Positions 53,106-63,750 of a DNA stretch of 64,000 nucleotides are shown in pieces. Location of the stretch: IMG/VR virus record IMGVR_UViG_3300031957_002393, positions 20,373 through 84,372 of that record; one strand, given 5' to 3'. Numbering within the stretch: position 1 is the stretch's first letter; the number at the start of each line of letters is the position of its first letter. Source of the DNA: a virus. Taxonomy: Duplodnaviria; Heunggongvirae; Uroviricota; Caudoviricetes. The translations under genes were made by a program, and so were the position numbers. The notes under the pieces were generated by a model. It made no database searches. It had not been told where the DNA came from and saw only the letters and a program-made list of their open reading frames with translations.

Positions 53106-54692
53106 ATGGTGACTACGACCGGTATCATTACTGATGAGACTACGCAGATTCTCTCATGGACGGGGGAGCCCTGGCTCGACCGTCGACGAGAGGCCAAGCG
53201 GACGGGCAAGTCGGGTACAGGGCGGGCCGCCCTTCGTCGCTGGCTACTCCTGCAGGGGTGGGTCGACCTGCAGGGCTCTGCTCCATCGGAACGCGCTGTG
53301 CGGCAATCTCTGCGCCTCATGGACGCCGAGCTGGAGCGAGAGGCGACGGATCCAGGCTACACCAGTTGGGTGAGGGAGTCGAGAGGAATCCCCTCAGTGG
53401 ACGCTACGGGTCCTGTACGTACTTCTACACGAGGAGGCAAGACTGTCGATCCTGACCTCATCGACATTGAGCAGCTTGAAGATGGTGTCAGAGCAGCCGG
53501 AACGTCGCTGTTCAAGATGCTGCAACCAGAAGAGATTGCAGAGAGAATCGGCCTGGACCCCGCTCGCTATGAGGCTCGGCCGGTAAAGGTAAAGCATTAC
53601 TCGGGCTTTATGAAAGGTCCCGACGGTAACCCTGTCACAGTGCCGTTGTTCAGCTACACGGTTGAGTTCCATCGACGCTTGATTCAGCCTGAGACACTGA
53701 ACACTACAATCAACGTGACTATGGTAGATGATGGCTTGTTTGAGGAACCGTCGCTTGACTATGAGAGAGCGTTGTTCATTGGGGATATGCACTTTGGGTA
53801 CAGATGGGAGGACATGAAGTGTAATAAGCTGATCCCCATGATGAACCTCGAAGCCTTCGACGCTTTGCTGCAGTATATTAGGATCCGTCGACCGCATTAC
53901 ATTATCTTCATGGGCGACGACCTCGATAACCCTGAGAGCGGTCGACATCCTCACAGTGCATTATTTCGCGGCACATTGACGCCAGCGGCTCACACGTTGA
54001 TGTGGGCTTACGGTGCAGTGAGACAGGCGGCAGGCGAAGAATGTACAATCGTCAAGCTTATGGGCAATCACGATGCAAGGACTGTGCGATCCCTTGAGAT
54101 GACACACCCTGAGTTAGCGCACTATAAGCCTGCCGATTCACCCCACAGTAATGTGGGGTTCAGTGCGTTAATGGGTAACGCTTTTCAGGCTCTAAACATC
54201 CATGTGCCGCAGCATGAGCACCTCGGTGAAGAGCATGGGGCTGAATACTGGTTGTGGTTAGACGACGCTCAAGTGCCGACACATGCGTCGCACGGCTACG
54301 CTATAGGCAAAGGCATGAAGCTGGCGCAGAAACTATTGGATCAGCCTGGAGCGTTTCATAGGGTTTGTGGACATGTACACAAAAAGTTCATCGCTCATCG
54401 CACAGAGGTGATCGCGGGTTACGGCACCGTTGACATCACGGCTTTTTGTCCAGGAACCTTAGCCTACAACGATAAACGAGTACCGGCGAACAATCGAGGC
54501 AAAGGTCACGAGGACTGGCAGTATGGTTTTGCAGAACAGTTACTTGACATGAAGACAGGTCTCACTTCTACCGCAGTGTACGACATCGTGAAGGGTCGAC
54601 ACATTCATCTCCCAGAGGGAGGGGTGATCACAGGTGTCGCCCGGACAGAGGCCATCGCCCAGGCTACAGGCATCAGAGCTATCCACGGCTGA
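53106..54692 (+). CDS. calcineurin-like metallophosphoesterase domain protein with ~230-aa N-terminal extension
   Basis: ATG 53106 after GAGGAGG; MPP motifs ALFIGDMHFG / IIFMGDDLDN / LMGNHDAR / CGHVHKKF. Confidence 0.5.
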   Translation: MVTTTGIITDETTQILSWTGEPWLDRRREAKRTGKSGTGRAALRRWLLLQGWVDLQGSAPSERAVRQSLRLMDAELEREATDPGYTSWVRESRGIPSVDATGPVRTSTRGGKTVDPDLIDIEQLEDGVRAAGTSLFKMLQPEEIAERIGLDPARYEARPVKVKHYSGFMKGPDGNPVTVPLFSYTVEFHRRLIQPETLNTTINVTMVDDGLFEEPSLDYERALFIGDMHFGYRWEDMKCNKLIPMMNLEAFDALLQYIRIRRPHYIIFMGDDLDNPESGRHPHSALFRGTLTPAAHTLMWAYGAVRQAAGEECTIVKLMGNHDARTVRSLEMTHPELAHYKPADSPHSNVGFSALMGNAFQALNIHVPQHEHLGEEHGAEYWLWLDDAQVPTHASHGYAIGKGMKLAQKLLDQPGAFHRVCGHVHKKFIAHRTEVIAGYGTVDITAFCPGTLAYNDKRVPANNRGKGHEDWQYGFAEQLLDMKTGLTSTAVYDIVKGRHIHLPEGGVITGVARTEAIAQATGIRAIHG

Positions 54693-54701
54693 GGAGGCAC
54701 C

Positions 54702-55016
54702 ATGCTGATCGGAGCCCCGGTAGAGATCACTGTAGATGAGCTTCGCGCTGCCATGCAGTCCATCTTCCTCCTGTGCACGGAGCTGTCGGACTGCACGCCT
54801 GACGATCTCAGCTTCGGAGAGCTGTACGAGACCGAGGATGAAGAAGTGTGCGCCTATGTGTACAAAGATGGAGAGCCCATCCTCCTGCTCCTCGTTGAAG
54901 ACGATGCGTCCATGCGCATCTTTGTTGTTACGGAAGGTGAAGACACCGTGGACAAGGGAGTGCCGCTCTCGTTCGGTGGACGACGGCTCCACGTAGATCG
55001 GATCGGATTCGCATAA
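54702..55016 (+). CDS. hypothetical acidic protein (104 aa)
   Basis: SD GAGGAGG. Confidence 0.4.
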   Translation: MLIGAPVEITVDELRAAMQSIFLLCTELSDCTPDDLSFGELYETEDEEVCAYVYKDGEPILLLLVEDDASMRIFVVTEGEDTVDKGVPLSFGGRRLHVDRIGFA

Positions 55017-55127
55017 AAAAGTGGTTGCGCGCTCGGGCAGGGGGGCATAAGGTATGAGTGTCGCCGGGAGGGAGAGCATCAACCGCCCCGACACTTCAAC
55101 CAAACCCCATTGAAAGTGAGTTGTACC

Positions 55128-55646
55128 ATGTCCGAGATCGATTTTGTTGCCCTCCAGGCCCAGCAGTCCCAGCTTTCCGAGGACCGCGCTGCCCTTGATT
55201 CCCGCGTGAAGGCCGCTGTTGCCGAGCTACAGGCTGAGCAGGCGGTTGCCATTCAGGAGCTTGAGGCTTCGTTTGCCGGTGAGTACGCCGAGCTGGACGC
55301 TCGTGCCGAGGAGATGCGCAACGCTCTCCGTGGTTCCCCTCTGTTCGATCTTGTCGCCAAGACCGTCGAGGAGGAGCGTGCCAGCGCCCGTGAGTCCGCG
55401 CGTGAGACCAGCCCCCGTGATGTCCTGTCCTACATCGTTGACAACGAGGGCCCCTCCAGCTCCGGTTACGGTGAGATCGGTGAGCACTTCGGTATCACTA
55501 CGCAGACCGCCCGTACCCGCGTCGAGAAGCTGCTTGAGGCGAAGCTCGTGGTCAAGAAGCAGAACCCTGACAACGCCCGCCGCGTTTACTTCGTGGCTGT
55601 CGACGAGGCTCGTGCCGAGTACGACGCCAGGGCTGACGAAGAGTAA
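55128..55646 (+). CDS. coiled-coil protein with C-terminal winged-HTH
   Basis: ATG 55128; EIGEHFGITTQTARTRVEKLLEAKLVVKK HTH-like. Confidence 0.35.
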   Translation: MSEIDFVALQAQQSQLSEDRAALDSRVKAAVAELQAEQAVAIQELEASFAGEYAELDARAEEMRNALRGSPLFDLVAKTVEEERASARESARETSPRDVLSYIVDNEGPSSSGYGEIGEHFGITTQTARTRVEKLLEAKLVVKKQNPDNARRVYFVAVDEARAEYDARADEE

Positions 55647-55695
55647 TCACTCTGGGGGCTGAGCGTCCCTGCTCCCTCAACTCCGCTCGCCCCCC

Positions 55696-55723
55696 GGGGC
55701 CCCTGGCAATGGTCAGGGGCCCC
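55696..55723. terminator. bidirectional terminator hairpin between convergent genes
   Basis: GGGGCCCCTG-GCAATGGT-CAGGGGCCCC perfect 10-bp stem followed by ACTTCTTTGGG; between stop 55646 (+) and stop 55755 (-). Confidence 0.6.
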
Positions 55724-55754
55724 ACTTCTTTGGGCGCTGTGTGTTGTTCTCCTT

Positions 55755-57977
55755 TTACACACCCTGGTCGAGCACTCGTGCAGCAGCCTTTGCGTCCCCG
55801 ATATCCGACGGGTCCATTGAGCTAAACAAGGGTCCGATCTTCTCCCACGACAATTGCCACCCGAGCTGGTCACTGTACCTCAGCTTACCATCGGGTCCGC
55901 TGAACTTGTACCTGCCAGTACGGATACCATACTTGAAGTAGTCATTGTTGCTCATCTCAAGGTCATGCCTCGTGGCTTCGTCATTGAGCACCTGAATGAC
56001 ACCCTTGTTGCCCCATTCGTTAATCAGGCTCCGGCCGTCAAACCCGCTGTCCGAGAACTGCATAAATGCGGCTAGCCCAACTCGTGTAAGCAGCAAGTGG
56101 TCTTGATCGGAGCGCGGCCATACAGCATAGATACGAGAAGGCAAGTCCTCGTTTCCCAGGCCGAGCACACACGCAGGCTGACTCTGCAGCCAAGCGCCCA
56201 GGTTGAGAAGCTGGTTCTCTGTCTCGTTAGAAGCGTCCCCCACGTTCATGATCGCTTCCTTGAACTTGAGATCAATGGCCGCCATGCCGCAACGAGGCAT
56301 CTCGAAAATCTGACCTGAATCGTCCATGAGAGCATGTTGAAAGAACCACATGGCTGTGTCGATTAGGGCGATGTAGTTTGCACAACGGGTCATCTCACTG
56401 CACGAGGAATACAGGGTGTACATATCCCTCGCTTCCTTGTAGTGGTCGATGATCGCTTCACGCCATTGTTCATTGGCCCACAGCTCTACAAAGTACCGTA
56501 GGAACAGGTATCCGACGTAGCCTTGACAACGTGTACCAAGTTCGTTAATGCGTTTGATCTTGTCATTCGCCTCTGGTCCGAATGCTCCCGTGGGAGGTGA
56601 GCGAACAGGCACCAATCGAGCCCTCATACCCGCAGCTCCCTTTGCTCGGTAGAGAAGACCTGACTCGTCCGTGGATCCGGCTACTGTGGCACATGTGTGT
56701 TCAGCGGCCAGAGTGTAATCTGCTGTGGCCCCTGAGCGAACATCCCCGTCATTGATGAAGTAAGCGATTTGTTGTGCACCCTTAATACCTTTGACGCCCC
56801 GGTAACCTTCTCGACGCTTCAACTCCTCGAACCCGACGAACATGTTGTTGAACACGCCCGTGAGAATCTGCATCTTGAGGTTCGTAGACTCCCATGAAAT
56901 CTTGAGTTTCGTGGGGTCGCCGTTGACCGTCAACATCACATTCTGCATGGTCGTCTTGCCTGTACCAGACCGACCACCCATGTCAACAGTGAAGCCTTCT
57001 GCGCCGTAGTTTTTCAACGGCTGCACAAGGAATGCAGATAGAGATGCACAGACACCGATGTACAACCATGGAAACTCGCTAAGCGCAGCGATCCATTCTT
57101 GTGCGTGTACCTGCAGAGGTCCGCCAAGGTCGTAGATAGGTGGAATGCCTGCGACATTAGGCGCGTTGCGAATGTTCTCAAAGAACACGCCTGGGTCTTC
57201 ATTAGCTGCTGGCGCAACGACCGTGTGAGGCAGAATGAAGTAACGGTCCTTATACCAACCCAAGCTCTCAGAAATCTGATATCGCGGGATTGTTTTTTTG
57301 TTAGCACGTCGAAAGGTACTAATGTACTTCACAAAGCCTTTCGAGTTGAGAGTGTCTACAGGCACACCCTTGTTCGCCAGCTTACTTGCGTACCGTGTGA
57401 AAGCAACGTCACCCGCAGCGAAGCTACACGAGATCCATCGGTTCTGGCTCCTATAGGCCAGTGTGAGGAGCTGTTCACTCGAATGGATCGATTGACTTTC
57501 CGACGCTACCAATAGCGGTTCGTCAAGTACAGGTGTCCACACTTCCTCATCGAAGTCATCCAACGTGACCTTAAATACACCATCGTCAGTGATGCGGTAG
57601 CCTTTCGGGTTGATGAGCTTTTCGATCACACTCGTGTGGATGATGTCGTCCGGTGGTAGTGTATCCAATGTTTCTGTGAGCAGAGGTTTGTCATTGATCT
57701 TCGCCTTTACATCATCCAAGGCTGACGCAGTGATCAGCGACTTGAGAGAGTCGACTTCCCTCTTTGCCCCTGTGGCTTTTAGTCGCATCAACACTAACTT
57801 GGCAGCCACCTCCGTCGGCTTCTCCTTGTACAGAGACTGCATCTTGTCGATATGACCGAAGCAGTGCTCCAAGATCGCCTTTGCGTCGGTTGCTGTCTGG
57901 ATCTTGTACTCGGTGAAGACCTGCTCGATCGGAAAAGTCTTGAGGGCATCCCTCACTCGCAGCGCATTTACGCTCAT
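55755..57977 (-). CDS. P-loop NTPase, putative primase/replicative helicase (SF3/D5-like)
   Basis: 740-aa ORF; Walker A DMGGRSGTGKTT, Walker B-like FVGFEEL; lone minus-strand gene in replication module; family uncertain. Confidence 0.4.
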   Translation of the reverse strand: MSVNALRVRDALKTFPIEQVFTEYKIQTATDAKAILEHCFGHIDKMQSLYKEKPTEVAAKLVLMRLKATGAKREVDSLKSLITASALDDVKAKINDKPLLTETLDTLPPDDIIHTSVIEKLINPKGYRITDDGVFKVTLDDFDEEVWTPVLDEPLLVASESQSIHSSEQLLTLAYRSQNRWISCSFAAGDVAFTRYASKLANKGVPVDTLNSKGFVKYISTFRRANKKTIPRYQISESLGWYKDRYFILPHTVVAPAANEDPGVFFENIRNAPNVAGIPPIYDLGGPLQVHAQEWIAALSEFPWLYIGVCASLSAFLVQPLKNYGAEGFTVDMGGRSGTGKTTMQNVMLTVNGDPTKLKISWESTNLKMQILTGVFNNMFVGFEELKRREGYRGVKGIKGAQQIAYFINDGDVRSGATADYTLAAEHTCATVAGSTDESGLLYRAKGAAGMRARLVPVRSPPTGAFGPEANDKIKRINELGTRCQGYVGYLFLRYFVELWANEQWREAIIDHYKEARDMYTLYSSCSEMTRCANYIALIDTAMWFFQHALMDDSGQIFEMPRCGMAAIDLKFKEAIMNVGDASNETENQLLNLGAWLQSQPACVLGLGNEDLPSRIYAVWPRSDQDHLLLTRVGLAAFMQFSDSGFDGRSLINEWGNKGVIQVLNDEATRHDLEMSNNDYFKYGIRTGRYKFSGPDGKLRYSDQLGWQLSWEKIGPLFSSMDPSDIGDAKAAARVLDQGV

Positions 57978-58038
57978 TCCACTCTCCTCGTCCCTGGCGG
58001 GCCTTGTAACTCGGAGCCCGGCGTGTTACAAGGAGATC

Positions 58039-60039
58039 ATGTTGAGCATCATCAAAGCACCGCACACTGTTTTCACAGTGAAGGCGAAGCCTTCGCTCGT
58101 GTCTCCGCTTGAACTCTTGGTCCCAGGGGCGCTGGTCTACGGGCTGCCGGACGGCATCTCACCATATAGCATAGGCTGGGGCAAACTGCGAGTCAGGTGG
58201 GACGCTTCCCACCAATGTTCACACGGCTACGAGGGCCCAGGCCGCGAGCCTCCATCTACGCAAGTCTTCGTAGCTACCCACGGGGCTTGGCTGGTAGAGA
58301 ATTTCCTTATCGCCAACAAGTTCCATTATGAGATCAAGAGGACGAGTGAACCGAAGTTCATCAATCGCAACGATGACGATCTCTCTGCTTACATGCTTCG
58401 CCTCGGTCGAGGTGTGTTACATGAGATGGCGGAAGTGAAGTGGATCAAGCCAGGGTGGGATACGCAGGCATTCGATCGTCAAGCGGAGGCCGTGGGTTAT
58501 GCGATATCTGGTTTGCCTTGTGAGCTATTGACATGGGATGGTGGATCGGGTAAAACCATTGCCGCCATTTTGACCATGTTAGCAATGGGTTACAGGAAGC
58601 GTGGTACCATGGCATGCGTGGTGCCGGGTAACACTCGACCCGGTTGGAGGGATGACTTCGCTAAGGTCAGCACTTTGTATCCATATGTGTGCTGGGCGAA
58701 AGACAAAGGCGGCGGTGGTCTTGCGTTCTTCAAGTACATCGAAGACATGGAACGGAAGGGTGTACCTCCGGTACTTGTGGTAGGCAGAGAGCGTCTACCT
58801 GAATGGTTCAATGCCCTCAAGTCTATCAAGCTGGCGGCTGTGGGTCTCGATGAGATCGATGCCTGTGCTCCCAGCCCTCAACTGTACCGTAACATCAAGT
58901 TTCTACCCGATGGTTCAATGGAAGTCACAAAGAAACGTACTACAGCACGAGGCTCGATTAATCGTGGAGCTGCATTCGTCGAGTTGATGAGTCGTCAAGA
59001 CCTGCGCTTCCGTATGGGTCTCACGGCAACACCGCTTAACAAAGGTGTACCTGACAAGGTGTGGCCCATCTTTAACCTGTTGTGGCCAGGGTCCATGGGT
59101 TTTAGTGACTTCAACTTCAAGCAAAGGTACTGTGGCGGGCAGTTGAATGAATGGGGTAGGTGGGAGTATCCTCGCGGCACGAACATGGGCGAGTTATCTC
59201 AACGCTCTGCTTTCATCCTCCACTATGTCAGCAAAGAGGAATCGGCTAAGGGTAGACCGCCGGTCACATACGGATTGTTGAAGGTCGACAAGTCGTCACA
59301 GGATCGTACAAAAGCTAAGACCATGTTTGACGATAAGATGTCGTGGTCTCAGGCGATTAAGTACGTGGCCAAGAACGAGAAGACGAAGGTTGATGATGGC
59401 TTGGAAGCCGAAGACATTTCGTTACAAAACACAAATCTAACCGAGATCAGCAGCGCTTATGCATGTGCGATCAAGCGAACGGCTGTTACTGAAAAGGCCG
59501 TTGAATACGCTGTGTCCGGCAAGCGTATTATCATCGGCGTCGGTCGCAAGAAAGAGGCTCGTGAATGGGCAGCCGCTTGCGAGGCGTTAATCAAGAAGAA
59601 GATGCAGAAGGGGGCAGATCTTCCACCTGTCTACATGGCAACTGGCGATTATCATCTTGACGATCGCATGGAAACGGTTAGACGCTGGCGTGAGGCCCCT
59701 GGCATCTTGATCATCACCTACCAAGCCATGGGTCGAGGTGTCGATGGGATGCAGCATGCCCATCTCATGATCGCTGCTCAGCTACCAGGGCGTAACACCG
59801 CTACCCTTGAACAGTTCTTCGTTCGTGGCGATCGTGTGGGGCGCAACCACGAGATGGAATGTCTCATTGCTGTGGCTGAGGGAACAGCGGACATGGAGAA
59901 CATTAAGCGGCTGGCCGAAGGCTACGATGCCTTCATCAACTTCTTCCGTGACGATACCTTCACTGACATTAAAAAGTTGCTTGAGGATCGCATGGACGTT
60001 AAGTCGGCTGTGGACGAATGGGCTGACGGTCTTTTTTGA
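58039..60039 (+). CDS. superfamily 2 (DEAD/SNF2-like) helicase
   Basis: ATG 58039 with SD AAGGAGAT; motif I DGGSGKT, motif II GLDEID, motif VI YQAMGRGVDG. Confidence 0.55.
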   Translation: MLSIIKAPHTVFTVKAKPSLVSPLELLVPGALVYGLPDGISPYSIGWGKLRVRWDASHQCSHGYEGPGREPPSTQVFVATHGAWLVENFLIANKFHYEIKRTSEPKFINRNDDDLSAYMLRLGRGVLHEMAEVKWIKPGWDTQAFDRQAEAVGYAISGLPCELLTWDGGSGKTIAAILTMLAMGYRKRGTMACVVPGNTRPGWRDDFAKVSTLYPYVCWAKDKGGGGLAFFKYIEDMERKGVPPVLVVGRERLPEWFNALKSIKLAAVGLDEIDACAPSPQLYRNIKFLPDGSMEVTKKRTTARGSINRGAAFVELMSRQDLRFRMGLTATPLNKGVPDKVWPIFNLLWPGSMGFSDFNFKQRYCGGQLNEWGRWEYPRGTNMGELSQRSAFILHYVSKEESAKGRPPVTYGLLKVDKSSQDRTKAKTMFDDKMSWSQAIKYVAKNEKTKVDDGLEAEDISLQNTNLTEISSAYACAIKRTAVTEKAVEYAVSGKRIIIGVGRKKEAREWAAACEALIKKKMQKGADLPPVYMATGDYHLDDRMETVRRWREAPGILIITYQAMGRGVDGMQHAHLMIAAQLPGRNTATLEQFFVRGDRVGRNHEMECLIAVAEGTADMENIKRLAEGYDAFINFFRDDTFTDIKKLLEDRMDVKSAVDEWADGLF

Positions 60040-60428
60040 TGGAGGGAGCCATGCCTAAATACTCACGACACACGTTGGACACGTTCAACAATGAAATGTT
60101 TGCTGCGCCTGTAGAGGCAGAAGCTAAGCGCTTTGAGAAGGTGCTCAATACCTACGGCCATAAACATGTACGCTTTGTAGTCGACAAGTATGTCAAGGAG
60201 GGGATCGCTCGCACAGGCACAGAGATGCAGGATGTGTTACGTGTGGCACAGGCTACATTCGGCGGCCCTCGTATGATCGCTCTTGACGTGTCAGCAGCTC
60301 TACGCTTTGCAACCTACACTGCTATTGTACGGGTCGAACGACCGTACATGGACCACATTTGGCCCGACGAGACCATCGGTGAAGAGGTACCTGCTGTCAC
60401 AGAAGAGGCTCCGCTGCCGGAAAACTGA
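60036..60428 (+). CDS. hypothetical protein (130 aa)
   Basis: ATGA overlap. Confidence 0.35.
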   Translation: MMEGAMPKYSRHTLDTFNNEMFAAPVEAEAKRFEKVLNTYGHKHVRFVVDKYVKEGIARTGTEMQDVLRVAQATFGGPRMIALDVSAALRFATYTAIVRVERPYMDHIWPDETIGEEVPAVTEEAPLPEN

Positions 60429-60649
60429 TGGATAACTTCAATCGCAATAAACATCAGCATCGTAAAGGCGCCCCATCGTACATGATGTGTGGCAGTGATG
60501 TGTGCGAACCGTTTACGTGCCCAGCGAGTAATAAGCATGAAGCTAAGGTTTGCAAAAAACGATGTAGGCAGCGAGGGAAGGGGTCTTCGCGTCAACGTCT
60601 CAAGCGCTTGGATCGGCAGAGCTTGGAGCGCACAGGAGAGGGCTACTGA
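60428..60649 (+). CDS. hypothetical basic Cys-rich protein (73 aa)
   Basis: ATGA-type junction; low confidence. Confidence 0.25.
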   Translation: MDNFNRNKHQHRKGAPSYMMCGSDVCEPFTCPASNKHEAKVCKKRCRQRGKGSSRQRLKRLDRQSLERTGEGY

Positions 60650-60722
60650 GACACCTGATGGTGGCGCTCGTGGGCGTTGTGGGCTAAGGTGTTCTCCTGC
60701 ACCTCTGCCCGAAGGCCGCCCC

Positions 60723-61754
60723 ATGCCCAGATTAATCAACGCCAGCAAGTCTCGACGTGGTTGGAGCCGCATCGGTAACTTCATTCTTTGTGAATACCTT
60801 GCAGGTGCTATTGAGCGAGGTGCGATTCTCGGCTCACGAGACGCATTGAACAAAGGTAGTTTGGGTCATGCAGGCCAGGCACACCTTCATACAATCGAAG
60901 GGGTTGAACATGGACCCGTTCTCGTGAACGGTGAGCTTGTGGAAGACGCTTCTGACTTCGCTACACCGGAACAAGCGATTGTTATGTTAGCCAACAGTGA
61001 ACTTGAGTATCGTCCCTTCAAGGAAGAGATCCTCGAAATCCACAAGGGGTACATGCAGAAGCGTATGGAAGGCGCAGGTCATGCGATCATGGTTGAGCAG
61101 GAGATGATCGGTGTCATCGGTGAGTGTGACGGTGAAAGCGGTCTACATCTTGTGGCTGATGACCAATGGGATCTATTAGACCCCAGGGAAGATAACCCTA
61201 CACCGCCGAAGACGCTAAAGGCTTTTAGCGGTCGTACAATCAACGTAGTTCCGTTGGATGTCCCCGGACACCCACGGCATGGATGGCCCATCTACATCAG
61301 CCGTCGACTTGACCTTGTGCGACGGAAAGGTAAGTACGGTGAGATCATTGTCGAAGACCACAAGTTCAAGGCGCGCATCAGGGGTGGTTCCTCTAAGCAT
61401 GCGTATCGTGCCGATGGCGGTTTCGTTGCTATTGATGTGCTTTGTCGACAGCGTTTCACATGGGAGTACGGCGGTATCTGGTTGAACCTCATTTCAACCA
61501 ATCCATCCTCTTACGGTGAGCAGAATCGTTTCAAGCTGCCGCCTGCACGAGACAAGGAACTCAAGTTCCCTTACACTCTTTGGTATCGTGAAAACGAGTT
61601 CGCAAAGATGCAGGTGAAGGCGATGACAGGTGAACTGCCCTACGAATACTGGCCCGATCGCTCGGCTGAGAATGGGGCAAACTGCGTATCGCGGTACGGT
61701 AAGTGTTTTCTCTACGATCACTGCTACAAGAACGTACCTCTGCGGTTCAAGTGA
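60723..61754 (+). CDS. PD-(D/E)xK nuclease with Cys cluster (Cas4/RecB-like exonuclease)
   Basis: ATG 60723; D...GEIIVEDHKFK (D-ExK) and C-terminal C-x6-C-x5-C (CVSRYGKCFLYDHC) plus N-terminal Cys. Confidence 0.45.
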   Translation: MPRLINASKSRRGWSRIGNFILCEYLAGAIERGAILGSRDALNKGSLGHAGQAHLHTIEGVEHGPVLVNGELVEDASDFATPEQAIVMLANSELEYRPFKEEILEIHKGYMQKRMEGAGHAIMVEQEMIGVIGECDGESGLHLVADDQWDLLDPREDNPTPPKTLKAFSGRTINVVPLDVPGHPRHGWPIYISRRLDLVRRKGKYGEIIVEDHKFKARIRGGSSKHAYRADGGFVAIDVLCRQRFTWEYGGIWLNLISTNPSSYGEQNRFKLPPARDKELKFPYTLWYRENEFAKMQVKAMTGELPYEYWPDRSAENGANCVSRYGKCFLYDHCYKNVPLRFK

Positions 61755-61844
61755 TCGAGCGAAAAAATCCCCTTGCGTCACCTCGGCGCACACCATAGAC
61801 TACACCACGAAGGGCGGCGCGGGAAGGCGCGGCAAGGAGGGACA

Positions 61845-63008
61845 TTGACTCTATCGTTAGTGCATGGCGACCGTAAGGATAGCATCGGGCTATACGGGTT
61901 GCCGGGAATGAGCAAGAGTGCTCAGATTCAGCTTGGTTTCGAGCGGTGTTTGTTCATCGGCCGATCCATGGATCTACACTCTGTTGCGAAGGATGTGGGC
62001 GCACACCCAGGTGTGTCTCTGCCGGCGATTTACCAACAGGAAGAGCCAAAGGAATGGACCCTCGGTGCTATGCGCGAGCTGCTTGGTTTCATCTTTGAGG
62101 ACTGGAACTCCAACACTGACGGCTTCCGTGAGTTTATGGGTGAGTACGATTGTTTGCTGATCGACGATCTTTCCTTGCAGGCTATTGTCATGCCTGATAT
62201 CATCGAAGAAGAGATTGCCCAGATCGGTGCCGCTCACCCTCTGGCGACTAAGAACGGTAAGCCGAACACATGGCATATCCTCGGAGCTATCGGCAAAGAG
62301 ATGATGCGTCTTTGTAGCCTGGGAGGCAAACTGCCCATGTCGTTTGCGGTGGTGTGCCACGAGCGTGAGGCTTGCACCAACACCAACGGTGATGCGATTA
62401 AGGGTGCGCCGCAGATGCCGACAAAGAATCTCGGACCGAAGATTCAGAGCCTATTCTCTACGTTCCCTCGGGTCGCTAACAACCCAGACTTCATGGACCC
62501 TTGGTCGTCAGCTAACGCTGCCTATAGCTGCAGCTTCTTCGCGGACTCGTTCGATCCTGATTGGGCGTCGCGCGATCGCAGCGGTGTTATCAAGGGGCAC
62601 GGTCCGTCGGACCTGTGGTCCGTGCTTGAGCACGCGGGTATCCGCCACCGTAGAGCCAAAGGTCGTGAGTTTCTTGACGATTTCGTGTTGCAGGCTGCGA
62701 ACCAAGCCGTTAAGATTTGCGGCGAGGGTGCTTCCTTTGCTAACACGATGGACGCTAAGAAGCAGGTTGCTCGTTGGATTACGAAGCAGAACTATGCTTC
62801 CAAGATTCCTGCAGATGCGCCTTCTTCGGTGCCTCGTGACTGGCGACTTAACCGTCTGATTTTCCAGCAGGGCTTTGGTTACGCTTACTACGCTGAGGCG
62901 TCCAAGACCGACCCTCTTGATTTCGATCTGCCTGACGCATCGGTTGTGCAGGCTTCCACTAGCGCAAAGCCCAAGGGTGGGCTCGCGCTTCCTCCCCCGT
63001 CTAAGTGA
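61845..63008 (+). CDS. RecA/DnaB-like P-loop ATPase (recombination/replication)
   Basis: TTG 61845 after SD AAGGAGG; Walker A GLPGMSKS, Walker B CLLIDDLS. Confidence 0.4.
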   Translation: MTLSLVHGDRKDSIGLYGLPGMSKSAQIQLGFERCLFIGRSMDLHSVAKDVGAHPGVSLPAIYQQEEPKEWTLGAMRELLGFIFEDWNSNTDGFREFMGEYDCLLIDDLSLQAIVMPDIIEEEIAQIGAAHPLATKNGKPNTWHILGAIGKEMMRLCSLGGKLPMSFAVVCHEREACTNTNGDAIKGAPQMPTKNLGPKIQSLFSTFPRVANNPDFMDPWSSANAAYSCSFFADSFDPDWASRDRSGVIKGHGPSDLWSVLEHAGIRHRRAKGREFLDDFVLQAANQAVKICGEGASFANTMDAKKQVARWITKQNYASKIPADAPSSVPRDWRLNRLIFQQGFGYAYYAEASKTDPLDFDLPDASVVQASTSAKPKGGLALPPPSK

Positions 63009-63037
63009 CGGGTTTACCCAGAGAAGGAGTGTGAGGG

Positions 63038-63733
63038 ATGGCTATTTCCCTTAGTATGTTTGAGGGCGTTCGTGCTATCGGCGCCACCCAGGATTCCCCC
63101 CTTGGCGGCTCGGCTGTCAGCACGGGTATCTACGAGCTGCCAATCACTGAGGTCTTTGTTCAGAAGACTTCGCAGGGTAGCCCCTTCAAGATGAAGGTGC
63201 ACATCAACGGCATCGACATTCAGTCGGAGTTCATCAACAACCCCGCTGATTCCAAGCCGAAGTTCGCTCAGGTTGAGGCCGGTCGATTCATGGCCATTCT
63301 CCAGGCTTGCACCCGTGATGGCGCCGAGAAGTCGGTCTTCGATGAGCTGCAGCCCGGTGGCGCGCTTGAGTCCTACGCTGACCGCATCGACGAGCTGTTC
63401 CTTGCGCTTGGCTCCGATGAGGTTCCTGCCAAGGTCCGTTGCATCATTCGTGCGGGCTACGCCTGGACGGACAACGAGGGTAACCTTCGCAAGAAGGCCA
63501 AGCTCGTTCACTTCCTGAACGCCAAGGAGTTCGCTGAGAAGTCGGCTCTTGAGGCCAGCGGCGAGCTTGTGATCGAGGACTCGAATGAGTACGAGACGCA
63601 GAAGGCTCAGCGTGAGGGCCGTGATGCTGCGGCTGTGCAGGGCGCTGGTCGTCCGAGCTTCGGTGGGGGTAACAGTGCTCCTACCAGCGGAGGCACCGGC
63701 CGCAAGTTTACTCCCCCGCCTCCGAGCAAGTGA
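63038..63733 (+). CDS. putative ssDNA-binding protein with Gly-rich C-terminal tail
   Basis: SD AAGGAG; C-terminus GRPSFGGGNSAPTSGGTGRKFTPPPPSK; position between ATPase and MTase; function inferred weakly. Confidence 0.3.
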   Translation: MAISLSMFEGVRAIGATQDSPLGGSAVSTGIYELPITEVFVQKTSQGSPFKMKVHINGIDIQSEFINNPADSKPKFAQVEAGRFMAILQACTRDGAEKSVFDELQPGGALESYADRIDELFLALGSDEVPAKVRCIIRAGYAWTDNEGNLRKKAKLVHFLNAKEFAEKSALEASGELVIEDSNEYETQKAQREGRDAAAVQGAGRPSFGGGNSAPTSGGTGRKFTPPPPSK

Positions 63734-63750
63734 GTAAGCGTTGAGTCATC

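Noticed and set aside
57904-58038. Track start of the helicase ORF at 57904
   Set aside because: It overlaps the divergent minus-strand gene by about 70 nt and lacks an SD. ATG 58039 with AAGGAGAT is the probable start.
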